Assembly (NCBI RefSeq): GCF_009834535.1
Contig: NC_045696.1
Span: 18,788,001-18,852,000, forward strand
DNA length: 64,000 nucleotides
Origin: Camelus ferus
Taxonomy: Eukaryota
Direction: 5' to 3'
Part shown: positions 39,352 through 52,700 of the stretch, piece after piece
How positions within the stretch are numbered: the first letter of the stretch is position 1
Layout of the letters: every line of letters begins with the position of its first letter
Notes under the pieces: model-generated
Database searches by the model: none
Told to the model about the DNA's origin: nothing
Seen by the model: only the letters and a program-made list of their open reading frames with translations
Made by a program: the position numbers and the translations under genes

Positions 39352-42300
39352 GTTTTTTATTCAAGTGTTGTTGATTTATATTATGTTTCAGATGTACAGC
39401 ATATTGATTCATGAAGTTTTTGATTATATTCCATTATAGATTATTACAAGATATTGAAGATACTTCCCTATGCTATACATGTAAATCCTTGTTGCTTATC
39501 TGCTTTATATGCAGCAGTTTGTATATTCCTAATTTGTCTGTCTCCCCACCCTTTAGTAACCATAAGTTTGTTTTCTGTCTGTGAATCTGTTTCTCTTTTG
39601 TATAGATTCATTCGTATTATTTTTTAGATTCTGCATATAAGTGATATCATATAGCATTTGTCTGACTTACATCACTAAGTATAATATTATCTGGGACCAT
39701 CCATGTTGCTGCAAATGGCAATATTTCATTCTTTTTTATGGCTGAGAAATAGACCCTTTGTATGTATATACTCCCATCTTCTTAAGCTGATCATCTGTTG
39801 ATGGGCACTTGGGTTGTTTCCATGACTTGGCTGTTGTAAATAGTGTTGCTATTAGGGTGTGTGTATCTTTTCAAATTAGAGTCTCTGTTCTTTCTGGATA
39901 TATACCCAGGAGTGGAATTGCTGGATCCTATGTGTTGGTGTCACAATATCAATGTACACATACACACCGTGTGAGGAGAGAGCTGATGGCTACTCTAAAG
40001 CTTTATTAAGTTACACAGTCTTATATAGCAAAGAAGAATGATAATAAGGGAAATGGTTAACAGACAGTATCTGGCTCAAGGTCATAAGACCCTTGATGTT
40101 TTGGTAAATCGTGTTCATCTTGGCACCAGCGAGCCTTACAGCTTATCAGGGTGGAACGTATGAGAAACAGCTGCTGAGCAAGATTCTGCTTGGACTCAGG
40201 TGGCTGTGCCTGTCTTAGGTTGCCCCCCTCTGGGGATCTTACCCGTCCTTGGCTAACCAGCCTTCTCACCTCTGAGTCTGCAGCCTTTTATAACTTGTTT
40301 ACCATTCCAGCCCAAGGCCCATTCCTTTGTTTACACAGTTGGGGGACTACGCTATGGTAGCTCTATTTTTAGTTTTTTAATGAACTTCCATACTGTTTTC
40401 CATAGTGGCTGCACCAGTTTATATTCCCACCGATATTGTACTACGGGTCCCTTTTCTCCACATCCTCTCCACAATGTATTATTTGTGGACTTTTTGATGA
40501 TAGCCATTCTGACCAGTGTGAGGTAATACCTCATTGTGGTTTTGATTTGCATCTCCCTGATGATTAGCAACACTGAACATCTTTTCATGTGCTTCTGTGC
40601 CATCTGGATGTCTTCTTTGGAAAAATGTCTATTTAGGTCTTCTGCCCATTTTTGGATTGGTTGTTTTTTCGATATTGGGTTGTATGAGCTGTTTGTATAT
40701 TTTGTATATTAATCTCTTGTCAGTTCCATTGTTTGCAAATGTTTCCTCCCATTCTGTAGGTTGTCTTTTTGGGGTTTTTTTGATGGTTTCCTTTGCTGTG
40801 CAAAATCTTTCAAGTTTTGTTAAATCTCATTTGTTTATTTTTGCTTTTATTTCTCTTGCCTTAGGAGACTGATACAAGGAAATATCACTGCAATTTATGT
40901 CAAAGAATATTTTGCCCATGTTTACTTCTAGGAGGTTTTTGTTTTCGTGTCTTACATTTATGTCTTTAAACCATTTTGAGCTTATTTGTGTGTATGGTGT
41001 GATGGAGTGCTCTAATTTCATTGATTTACATGTGGCTCTCCAGCTTTCCAAACATAACTTGTTGAAAGGCTCTCTTTTCTCCATTGTATATTCTTGCCTC
41101 TGTTGTCATAGACTAGTTGGCCATAAGACCATGGATTTACTTCTGTGCTCTCTATTCTGTTGCATTGGTCTGTAAGTTTGTTTTTGTGTCAATACCATGC
41201 TGTTTTGATTACTGTGGTATAGTCTAAAGTCTGGAAAGGTTATACCTCCACTTTTGCTCTTTTTCCTTAGAACTGCTCTGGCAATTCTGGGTCTTTTGTG
41301 GCTCCATATAAATTGTGGGATTATTTGTTCCAGTTCTGTGAAAACTACTATGGATATTTTCATAAAGAGTGTGTTAAATACATAGATCACTCTGGATAGT
41401 ATGAACATTTTTAACAGTTTTTTCCAATTCAGAAGCATGGGATATCTTTCCATTTATTTGAATCATCTTCAGTTTCTTTATCAATATTTTATAGTTTTCA
41501 GTGTATAGGTTTTTCACTTCTTTGGTTAAGTTTATTTCTAGGTATTTTATTTCATTTTATTTTGTTTTATTTTATTTTATTTTTTGATGTAACTTTAAAC
41601 AGAATTGTCTTTTACTTTCCCTTTCCAATATTTCATTGGAATGAAATGCAACAGATTTCTGTAGATTAATCTTGTATCCTGCTACCTTGTTGAATTCATT
41701 TACTAGTTCTAATAGTTCTTGCATAGAGACTTTGGATTCTCTATATAGAGTATCATGTCATCTGCAAATAGTGACCATTTCACCTCTTCCCTTCCAATTT
41801 ACATAGCTTTTATCTCTTTTTCTTATCTGATTGCTGTGGCTAAGACTTTCAATACTATGTTGAATAGAAGAGGTGAGGGTGAGAATCCTTATCGTGTTCC
41901 TAAATTTTGTGGGGAAACTTTCACCCAGTACTGCACTGGCTACGGTTTTATTATAAATGGCTTTTATTATGTTGAGACATGTTCCCTCTATAGCCACATT
42001 GGCAAAGGTTTTTATCATGAGTGGATGTTGAATTTTGTCAAATGCTTTTTTGTGTGTATTGATTTGATCCTGTGGTTCTTGTCTTTCCTTTTGTTAATGT
42101 GGTATATCACATTGTTTGATTTGTGTATGTTGAACCATTTTTGTGACTCTGGAATGAATCCAACTTGATTTTAGCATGTGATCCTTTTTATGTATTGTTG
42201 GATTTGGTTTGCTAACATTTTGTTGAGGAGTTTTGCATTTATACTTATCAAAGATACTGGACTGTACATATATATATATGTATTTTTGGTAGTACCTGTG

Positions 42301-43715
42301 TCTGGTTTTAGTGTCAGGCTGATGATGGCCTCATAGGATGAATTTAGGAGCATTCCCTTCTCTTCAGTTTTTTGGAATAGAATGAGAAGGAAAGGTATAA
42401 ACTTTTCTTTGTATATTTGGTAGAATTCCCAATGAAGCCATCCAGCAGGGAGTATTTTTATAAGAAATTCTATCTCACTTCTAGTGATCAGTCTATTCAA
42501 ATTATGTTTCTTCTTGAAGTTTTGGTAGGCTTTCTTCTTCTTCAGTTTTGGTAGGCTATATGTTTCTAGAAACTTGGCCATTTCTTCTAGGCTGTCCAGT
42601 TTGTTGGCATATAACTGCTCATAGTATTCTCTTAGGCTTTTTTGTATTTCTGTGGTATCAGTTGATATTTCTTCTCTTTTATTTCTTATTTTGGCTTTAT
42701 TTGGGTCCTCTCTAATTTATTCTTGGTGAACTTGGTCAGAGGTTTGTTGGTTTTGCTCATCTTTAAAAAAAAAAAAAAGCTAACCTTGGATTAGACTCTA
42801 TGAGGGTCAGGTTTGATCAGGCTCCATTGCCCTTGAGTGCTGTGCCCTGCCCCAAAGGAGGACTGCTGACACAAATGACACCCATGTGGTCACAGAGGAC
42901 CTATTCACCTCCTGCATAGGCATCTGTTGTTCTGCTCAGAAGCAGCCCAAGATTGCACCCTAAATCCAGTGCAACACTGTGGTGTGGAGTGGGCTGGGGC
43001 TAGGGGTTGGGACATTGTGGCTCAGGATTTGAGGTGGCTGTGCCACTGCCTGACATCTGAGCTGCCTCTGTCACTGTCTTCTCCCAGAACCTGTCTGCTC
43101 CAGATCTAGTGCTAAGCTGTGGTGTGGAGTGGTTGCAGCCAGGGTGTTCTTGCTGGGAGAGGAACTCCTGAGCTCAATGTCAATGGCCTTGGACCACACT
43201 CCAGGCCCTCCAGGCTTTCCCTGCTTGGCTAGAAGACTCCTTTCTCAGTGCCTGCGTGCCTGAGATTCAGCACTTAGCCGCTCAAGCTCTTGTGGCACTG
43301 CTCCCTGAGCATGCTGACCGTGACCTCCGAGACTCCACCTGGATCACACCCCAGGTGCCCTGGTCTGTCTCTGCACAGCTAGACCAAATCTCCCAGAACT
43401 GGCACCAGGCTGTGGTGTGGAGTGAGTGAGGGCAGTGTGTATGCCCCTTTGGATTGAGAAGTGTGGTGAGCTGACAGTCGCCAGTGCAAGGTGCTTTCTG
43501 CCTTGATTGTTGGCAGGCGAGTGTGTGCAAGTGTGTTCTCATATGTGGAATCTAGACTTCTCTAGCTCTTCTGTCTGCCCCAGTGGGCTTCCCATCAGGT
43601 GAGGTTTATTTCTTCTGAGCAGGAGCCCAGGCCTGGACGCCCAGTTTGTGGCTCAGTCTGCTCACTCCCCAGGGCAAGGGCTCCACCCATGTAGCCCTTT
43701 TGATCCCTGCCCCCT
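39352..43715 (-). mobile_element. LINE-1 with 3'UTR, most of ORF2 and a GC-rich 5'UTR, lacking ORF1 and endonuclease; carries a nested LTR
   Basis: Frameshifted ORF2 pieces (40352..40603, 40827..41084, 41106..41453, 42171..42581, all minus) are colinear; GC-rich 5'UTR-like sequence from about 42790. Confidence 0.9.
39933..40351 (-). mobile_element. Solo retroviral LTR (betaretrovirus/ERV2-like) inserted in L1
   Basis: Interrupts L1 ggatcctatg|gtagctc with ctatg duplicated (39928-39932, 40352-40356); minus strand runs cgtag...ccaaca; TATATAA 40021-40027 and AATAAA 40002-40007. ERV class is inferred. Confidence 0.8.
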
Positions 43716-46700
43716 AAAATTCAGTTATTCTTGGCAAATTTTTTTAGCTAATCTAAATATTGCTCTTAAGATCCTGATTTTAAGACAGGACAAGGAAACA
43801 AACCAAAGCTGCACGTGTAACATCAGTTGACACAGAATTATCTCTGTCTAATCATGCCACATACTACTTAGCAGATAACCAGTTAATTTACATGAAATTC
43901 AACACCACAAGTGAAACTTTGAAAAAAAAATATTTAATATCAAATGGTGTGGGAAATCTGAGTTTAATACATACTTGAATATCAGCATAGAGACAGTCTA
44001 AAAAAGACTAGAGCAATATACAAAAAACTAGTAAATATTTGTATATTTTTTTTAATGTCTATGTATAGGAAGGAAATTTAACTGATGGGATTAGTGACAC
44101 TAAAAAAAAAAAAAAAAAAACCACCTCAGTAATGGAGCTGTTGTTTGGAATGAGTCTCTGGTTAGAGACTCAGTAGAGATACATGATTTTATTTTGTGAG
44201 AAAAAATGGTAAAGTAAGAAAATTATAGCATTTTTTCTGATTTTCTATCTGTGAAATTTAAGCTAATGTCAAAAGTTTGCAGTCTGTTCTCATACTGATT
44301 GCTCAATGTTGCAACAACTAAATCATACTGAATTTCCACCCCTTTCTCAACAGGAGTTTTTCTGATGAGAAATTAGCAGATGTTTAATTATTAAATATTT
44401 CAAGGTGGTTTTCACTCACAGACATTCCTAAAATGATGATGACATTTCAGTTTTAAAGGAAATGTCCTTGAAGATGTTTGTCTACCATATTTTAAATATG
44501 TATATATATACACAGAAATAAAAAATCAGAGGTCTGCCATTTCCTTGTCACTGTGAATGAATCTTAGCTAGATGTGTGCTGCCTTGAAGGAATCCTGTGT
44601 TATGTGAGATATCTAAGCTTACTAATTGGTCATAAACAAATCTACCCTGTGTGTGGGTTTTCTTAAACTATGAAAGATCCTTTACGCTGTGAAGATTCAA
44701 TGGCATTTTAAAATGCCAACCTTAGCCAATGTAGTCAGTTAGGCATATTTAAACTTTCAGAGAGTGAAATGAGGTTGAAAAGGGGAAAAAAAATTTAAAA
44801 ACCACAAACTTTTTGCTGTCTTCTGAGGACATTAAAACTTCAGAGACAGGACCAAAGTACAGAGTGTGACACCAAAATATACATTTCTAACTTTAGATTC
44901 GAGTCAAGATACTTCAAAAGAGGCTTCATGTAGTACCAATTTCTTGCATGATAGATGCACGTACCTCAGTCTCTGGTTGGCAGTATTTGTGAGAATTGAG
45001 GTGATAACCCAGCAGAAAATGGAAGAAATAAAGGCAGAGAACCTGAAACTGTTTGTTTACAATCCTTCTTTTACTTTCAAGTTTCTTTTCTATTAAAAAA
45101 AAAAAAAAGTCTATTTTGCTTCCTGTTTCTTAGTATGTGATTGCCATCAATTTTTTTGAAATTTATATATAAATTCTTTCCATATTTCTGCAATGCAGCA
45201 ATTAACATTGATTGCTTTTTCTTTCAGTAATTTATTTTCTTCTATTAAATATAATAGCAATGAATACAGAGAAAAAATATTTTACTTCTTTTCTTCTGCA
45301 AAATAAATTATGCTGAGATACTTCTGTCTCCCTCTTCTCCCTGTTCCCCCTCTTCCCAGAGTGTCACTTTGAAACATTTGTCATGGGATGTTAATTTGGG
45401 AATGTCCTGTGAATGTCTGAGATAGCATAGGTATCAGATTCCAAAGTGAGGTGGGAGACTGGCCAAAATGAAAATTTTCAAGGAAACAGCCAGGTATTTC
45501 ATTTTCGAACACTTTAGGATAACCTTCATTTAGATCAAGGGTATAAAAAGGCTCAAGAAGATTCTGTTTTTGTGTTTGTTTTTAATGTGTGTTGCTAAAG
45601 ATATGTCCTTGAAAAAAAAGTATTGTCATACTCTGAAAGTCCCTCCACACCCCATATCAGTTAGCACCCCCAAGAAATGAAGGGCGCTGGTGACATCTGA
45701 GCTATAGCTTGCTGGGAGGGCCTTCAGGGAGATCACTCAGAGAATTAAAACGAGGTGCCCTGCAGTGACGGGCTTACCCATGAATGACTTTGGATGCTTG
45801 CCTGAGGGATCTGAAGATACTAGTCTGTGGCTGTGGAATTTAAGGATTCTGTCTTTGGCAGTAGGTTGGGTAGAGAGATGGAAGGAATGAGGGCTCTGTA
45901 GGGGTTGTTGCTGACTTAGTAAATAACTGCACTTCCTTCTGACAACCGTAAATAGTAATTGAAACATGAAACTCAGGGCTGCACGACAGAACTCAATCTA
46001 ACTGTGTATGACCAGGATCCTTTAAAAGGGATCTTGCTTCAGACCGTCTTCTAGGCTAGGATGGCAGGACCATGAAGCAGGTCTATGTGAGGAAGAATGT
46101 AAGAAAATCAGTCACTGAGAGGGAACAGGAGGAGCCAGAGGAAGGAGAGGCACTGCTTGCTGGGGAGCCTCTGCAGTGCACACGGAAATACCCACCAGAA
46201 GGAGCAGAGGTGAAGTGACAGCTTGGCTGTGTCTTTCTCTTCCTACCCACTATCACCAAGTTTAAACTCTGGTAGAGTATGAAACAGCTTTCGTGAGTGG
46301 AGGAGGAGGTGGGTAAGAAATAAGACCCATATTCCCTACACTGAGTGCACGTGGAAACCTCAAGCTTTTGGAGGTGAAATGAGTGAGAAATCGCATCAAG
46401 GACTGAAGGGAAATGAACATAGTGGAGGAACATTCTCACTTCTTGGGAGACTCTGGAAACTTAACTATGAATATATTCTATCACCTGATATTGATCAAAA
46501 TGATGTTAATAACTCCCTTTACTTTCATAAATAGTAAGTTAACACCTTGAACTGATCACTTAATAGCCTTTAACTAGTTCAGTCAGATAGGCTGTCATTT
46601 AACAGTAAATCAAGAATACATGAATCATATGTTTGATAATGAAAAAGAGGGCTGAAGTCTTAATTTAAACAAAATACAATACTTTAGCTTTATATCTCCA

Positions 46701-47439
46701 TGAAATGATAAAATTAAGAAGGACAGAATATGTTATTTAGCTGGTGTGTTTTAGTATATCTGAGAGCCGTAGTGACTGGTAAAGTATTGAAATGCTTTCA
46801 TTGACCGCTGAGTGCTTCCTTCTTCCCCAGCTCAGGCCACCCTAGCCATGCTGTTTTTCCTCCCAACTCCCAAGGACCTCTGTACATCAAACAATAAAGA
46901 ATTAAGACCTTTCCCAGCAGTGGTCCGCCCGGAATCTTCCTCTAGGCCAGGCAGCATCTGTTTTGACTGACTACTGCTCATTAAAATATTGTGAATATAA
47001 TCTCATATACAAGGGCTATTAAAACAAATGATTTTGTAAAAGTACATTCACAGGCATCCTCCTGTCTTCCTCACAGCCAAAATGAACTAAGGCAACTTGA
47101 AAAAGAGAGCCAAACTTTAATTACCAAAGTAAGGCAAAGACTCATATTTTCTAAAGAACATAATTCACAGTCCCCTTCCCCCACTTCTAGTTGTACCGTA
47201 CATCTCTACCTTTTTTTTTTTTTTTGGTCAAAACTGTTCATTCTTATAAGAGTGTAAAAAAATGAAAGAATTTATTAGTCAAAATCATGCCAAAGTAATT
47301 ACTTTGATTATATGTGAATTTCAAAATTCTGTAACACTGTGTGTGATAAAACTTAGTTTTGACTAAACACACATTTTAAACTGTAGACCATAATTGATTA
47401 AAATGTGCTAGATATACTAAAAAGTTATAATGAACTAGA

Positions 47440-48280
47440 TTTAATAAAAAGTAGCAAAAGGTTTGCATCATACATGACGAAGAGTTTGTTCCCAATATAA
47501 AGGAATACATAAAAATGAACAATAATAAAAATGAAAAACTGAGTAAAGATTTTAAGCATTTGTATTTAAAAAAATAAAAAAATATATATATATAGTTGAT
47601 AAATTCATGGTAAGTTATTCAACTCCATTAGTAACAAATAACATGCGTAACAAATTAGTATGTAGTTTTCATATTATACTTAAATTATACAAGTACTTAA
47701 GAGGCTGAGAAAGTCAAGTTTTGGAAAGAGAGTGCAGAAATATTCTACTCACTCTCTCGGAGTGCAAATTAATCTAAATATTCTCATGGTCATTGCAAGT
47801 GAATACTCACTGTAAGTATAAGTAGTTATTTTTGACCAAACCAGATAACTGCTATGAACTTTTCATAATGATACACGTAAAGTACCATATACATAAATTT
47901 TAAACATCACAATTATAGTTTATTCAAATTATAGAAAATGTGAGAAAAATATATTCATATGTAGAGGGCTGGTTAAATCAATCTTTATAAATATTTATAA
48001 GGATTTATTAAGCAGCTGTTAAAATTATTATGGCACTCTGTATTTAATGATTTGGAAAGACGCCCATTATATATGTTGAATGAAAGCTCTGCGTGCATTG
48101 AATTTCTTGTTTTGTAAATACACAAAGTGAACGGGTATCATCGTGCTTACTACATTGTAATTAATTTGGGATGATATTTACTTTCTTTGTTGTATTTCTC
48201 TGTACTGCTAGATTTTATATATATATATATATTATGATAGCTCACTTGTGCAATCAAGAAAAATAATTTCTTTCAATAAT
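47440..48280 (+). mobile_element. Very old LINE-1 (L1ME-like) 3' end
   Basis: tttgcatcatacatgac...ttcaactccattagtaa...gagtgcaaattaat...ggctggttaaat...gcagctgttaaaa. Confidence 0.6.
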
Positions 48281-48422
48281 AAAAAATTTGAGAAAATAAA
48301 ATTCCTGTATTTACAAGGGAAAAAAAAAGCCTTTGGCATGCTGGCCTTTTCCACCAGTGACACTGAAGAGGTGAGGAAGCGAAGATATTTTAATGACATT
48401 AATTGGTCAACTCATGGAACCT

Positions 48423-48426
<4 letters not shown>

Positions 48427-48452
<26 letters not shown>
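48427..48452. repeat. (TG)13 microsatellite
   Basis: Perfect TG run read directly. Confidence 0.95.
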
Positions 48453-48457
<5 letters not shown>

Positions 48458-49174
48458 AAAAGAACTTGGGTATGTATCATGTTTACATATGATAATGTGA
48501 GTAATATAACTTTTCTTTTATAAGTATTGTATTTAACCAAATAGGGAGAATTTAACACAGATTGAAGCCAAGTTTGACCAGCAGACGATTTGCCTCATAG
48601 GTTAGTTATTTGTCCAGATAAGCAAACTGTTGCCCTGATAAGGCAATATATGACTAAAAGAGAAAATCATTTACCCAGAAAAATTGGTTTGTAAAGAGTT
48701 TTCTGAAGCAAATGAGAAATTATTCTTTTTTTCTTTTGCAGTCTTTCTAGGCAAAAAATATCCTGGTGCTAACAGCAGAGTCATGCAGACTCAGGTGATC
48801 TCTGTCCTCAGTCCCCTCCTGTGTATATTCTCATCCTGAGTCGGAGGATAAACACTGCCATCTGCGGGAGTGAGTTGAGGTGTACAGACTGCATATCAAT
48901 GTCTCATTGCTGGTATTTCTTTCTCTGTGAGTGTCTGGTTTTCTCTTTTTTCTTTGTTATTGTGTAATCCTTTGGACAAAGATGGCAAAACAGCATTTAA
49001 TGACACTGGAAACTATACACTTGAACACTCTGACACAGTCTCATACTTAGGGGATGATGATGACCAGAATTTCTAGTCCAGAGCACTCAAATTAAACCAA
49101 GACATGCATACCCATCCCTAATCCAGAAAGACCACAAAACTCCATAAGGGGACATTTTCCAAATTACGTTAATT

Positions 49175-49202
49175 TGTGTGTGTGTGTGTGTGTGTGTGTG
49201 TG
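49175..49202. repeat. (TG)14 microsatellite
   Basis: Perfect TG run read directly. Confidence 0.95.
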
Positions 49203-49764
49203 ATTTCCTTGTTTGTTTCATGTGTGACTTTTACAATATTAAAAACCACAGAAATAACTATGATGATATGAGTGAAAGCTTTGTCCGGCTGGATGAAACA
49301 CATTCAATCTGGAGAGGACAATTTTATATCCAGGGCTTCTGTCTTTATCTGGGTTTGTCAACTCCCTATGACCCTCTCAATCAAGGATTTTTGTGGCATT
49401 GGGGCTATTGATACCTTCCCCATTAGTCTCTGAACTACACCTTGTAGGATTTTCCTACCCTGCTGAGCCTCTTCTGCATTGTGAAATAAAGGAGCTTGGG
49501 CTCAAAAGAAAGAAATTTAGTTCAGAATTCCCCTTCAGTTGTGAAGACACTATAAAATCAGGGACTAGCTTTTTGTTTGTTTGGTTTTTTCTTTATTTTG
49601 GGCTAACTTCTCACTGATCAGTTTTTCCAAGAGGGAAAATTAATAGACCAAACTCGTTCTTTAACTGTGAATTATGAGGGGCTATGCTGAATTTTGGCAT
49701 TAGTTTACCGAGATGATAAATCCTTGTTTATCTTTCTGGTAGAAGACAATTGTTTGTTTGATTT

Positions 49765-52700
49765 TTGTAAGCTTTGTTGAAGAATATTTGAATTAAAAAA
49801 AATTGCACATATTTAAGTGAAGAAGTGATCAGTTTTGATACATATATATTTCCATACCTAAAAACATCACCACAATCAAGATAACAAATGTTTTCTTTAC
49901 CACCAGCACTTTCATGTGACTTTTAGTCTGAGTATCCTTCCATCCCCATCCTCAGGCAAGGAAGTCACTGACCAGCTTTCTTCTAAGTAGTTTGCGTTTT
50001 TTATAACTTTATGTAAATAGGTATGCATTTTTGCCTGAATTTTTTGACTCAGCATATTGCTTTTGAGATCTACCTTTATTTTTCATGTATTAAAATTTCC
50101 TTCTGTTTTACTGCTAAGTAGTTATGCATTGTATGAATATGCCACAATTTATGTACTTAAGTGTTGAGGGGCATTTTAGTTGTTTGCATCTGGGGGCTAT
50201 TGCATAGAAAGCTGCCATGGACATTTGAATATGAGGCTTTGTGCATGATACAGGAAAAAAAGATATGGGAGAGGATGGCCATGTCCCAGGTCTCAGTTGA
50301 GTCCCTAGGACATGACCCACCAAGTATGGGTCCTTGGCTTCATGCAGGAAGGAATTCAAGAGTGAGCCACAGTTAAGTAAAGGTAGATTTATTCAGAGAG
50401 ATACATACTCCATAGACAGAGTGCAGGCTGTTTCAGAAGGCAAGGGAAAGGTCATGAGGTGTAGGGCTTGAGTGCTCGGTTTAAAGTAAGAGTAGATACA
50501 CACTCCATAGACAGAGTGCGATCCATCTCACACAGAAGGGAGAGCAGCCATGAGGTGTGTGGGGTTTGTTAGTTTTTATGGTCTTAGTAACTACATATGC
50601 TAACAAGTGGGAGGAATATTCCAACTACTTTGGGGAAGGGGCGGCGATTCCCAGGAATTGGTCTACTGCCCACTTTTTGACCTTTTACGGTTAGCCTTGG
50701 AACTAACTGTCATGGCCCCTGTGGGAGTGTCATTTACCATATTAATATTACAATGAGCGTATAGTGACGAACAGGTCTGCTAAAAGTCAAAACTCCCCCC
50801 ATCTTGGGCCTCAAGGTCTACTGGGAGTTGAATCTTCTTCCATCTTGATGTTAATTGCTGTGTCATTCTTGACATGACCATACCTTGCCCCCTTCCCTCC
50901 TGGCTCACGTGGATTTATGTTTTGATTTTTGGTGGGTAGAGGTAAGAGTGGACTGGCAAGTCATGTAGTAGGCAAACAACAATCACTTAAAAACCTTTTT
51001 TCGGAAGAAAGTGTATCATCTCATATTCCTACCAGGAGTACACAAGAATCTAAATTGCTCCACAAACTCATCAACACTTAGGATGATCAGTATATTTTAA
51101 TATATTGTTCCAGTGGTTGTGCAGTGCTATCATATTGTGGTTTTAATTCACATTTTTCCAAAGGCTAATGTTGTTGAATATATTTTCATGGGGTTATTTG
51201 CTATCTGTGCATCTGGTGAAATGTGTGTACAAATCTTTTGTTGTTTTGAAATTGTGTTTTGTTTTTTGTTGTTATCCTTCTCTATTATTTAGTTGTGTTT
51301 ATAAAATATTTATTCTGAATATAAAACCTTTATCTAGTACACAATTTTCCATTATTTTCTCATCCTGTTTCCTGCCATTTTCTTTTCTAAAAGGTGTCTT
51401 TCATAGAGCAAAAACTTTAATTTTGATGAAATCTAATTCTCATTTTGTTTTATGGATCACATATTTTGTATCCTAAGAAAACTTTTTTCTGCCTCAAAAT
51501 GGGAAATATTTTCTCCTACTTTCTTCTAAAAATTTTACAGGTTTAGGTTTTTCATTGAAGTCAATGATCCATTTTGTATCAAATTTTTTTCTGTGGCATG
51601 AGGTAAAATGTGATGTTTGCATTCTTCCCTATGTATATCTAGTTGATTCAGCATACTTTGTTGTCTTTAACTTTTCCATTAAATTGCATTGGAATCTGCT
51701 TTAGGTAAATTGACCCTGTATGAGAAAATTTCACATTCAGGGATATGGAATTCTTATTCTTTTCCACTAACGTACAGGTCTATGTTTTGGTCAATACTAA
51801 ATTATTTTGATTAGTACAGATATATAGTAAATCTGGAAAATAGACAACGTTATTAGTCCTCTAACCTCTTTAAAAATTTTTCTTTGGTTATTCTATATAT
51901 ACTTCAATTAAATTATAATCAGGTTGCCAATACTTACCAAAAAGTCTGATGAAATTTTGAGAGGTATAGGAATGACTTTGTAGGTGAATTTGGGAAGATT
52001 TTCCATTTTAACAAAAATACAGCCTTCTAACTCTTTAGCATTGTGTATCTTTTTATTTATTCAGGTTATATTTAATTTCAATATTTTTTGTTTCAAGATC
52101 ACATGTTTTAGTCATCTTTTGATTAAATTTATCTCCAGGTAGTTATGCCATCAGTCCTATTATAAAAGAAATAGTTTTAAAATTTTCTAATAGTTTGCAA
52201 CCAGAATATAAGAACAATCTTGATTTTGGTTTTTTGTGTGTGTGTGTGTATTATCCTTGTATCCTATGACCTTGCTAAATTCATTTCTTAGTTCTAGTAG
52301 GTATTCTATAGACATTCCGGAATTGTTAATGTTAACAATCATAAATAATCAGGAAAATTTATATTTCTTTCCTCTCTTTAGGTCTTTTATTAATTTTTAT
52401 TACCTTTGTACAATAATAGAACCTCCAGTAAAATACTGAATAGAAGTGATGAAAGTAGGGATCCTTGCCTTATCCTTAATCTTAAAGAGACAAAATTCAG
52501 GTCTTTCACTATTAAGTATAATGTTGGGCATGTTATTCTTTGTCCACAGGTGTAAGGTTTTTATAGATGCCATTTAACAATCTAAGAATGTTCCTTACTA
52601 TTCCTAATTTATTAAGCATTTTGTCATGAGTGAGTGTTGTAGTTTTTCAAACATTTTGCTACATACATTGGAAGGAACTTATGCTTTCTCCTGTTAATTA

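Noticed and set aside
48722..48875. Candidate exon after a polypyrimidine tract and ttgcag
   Set aside because: Splice-like motifs are frequent by chance; there is no recognisable peptide or partner exon, and it would need RNA-seq support
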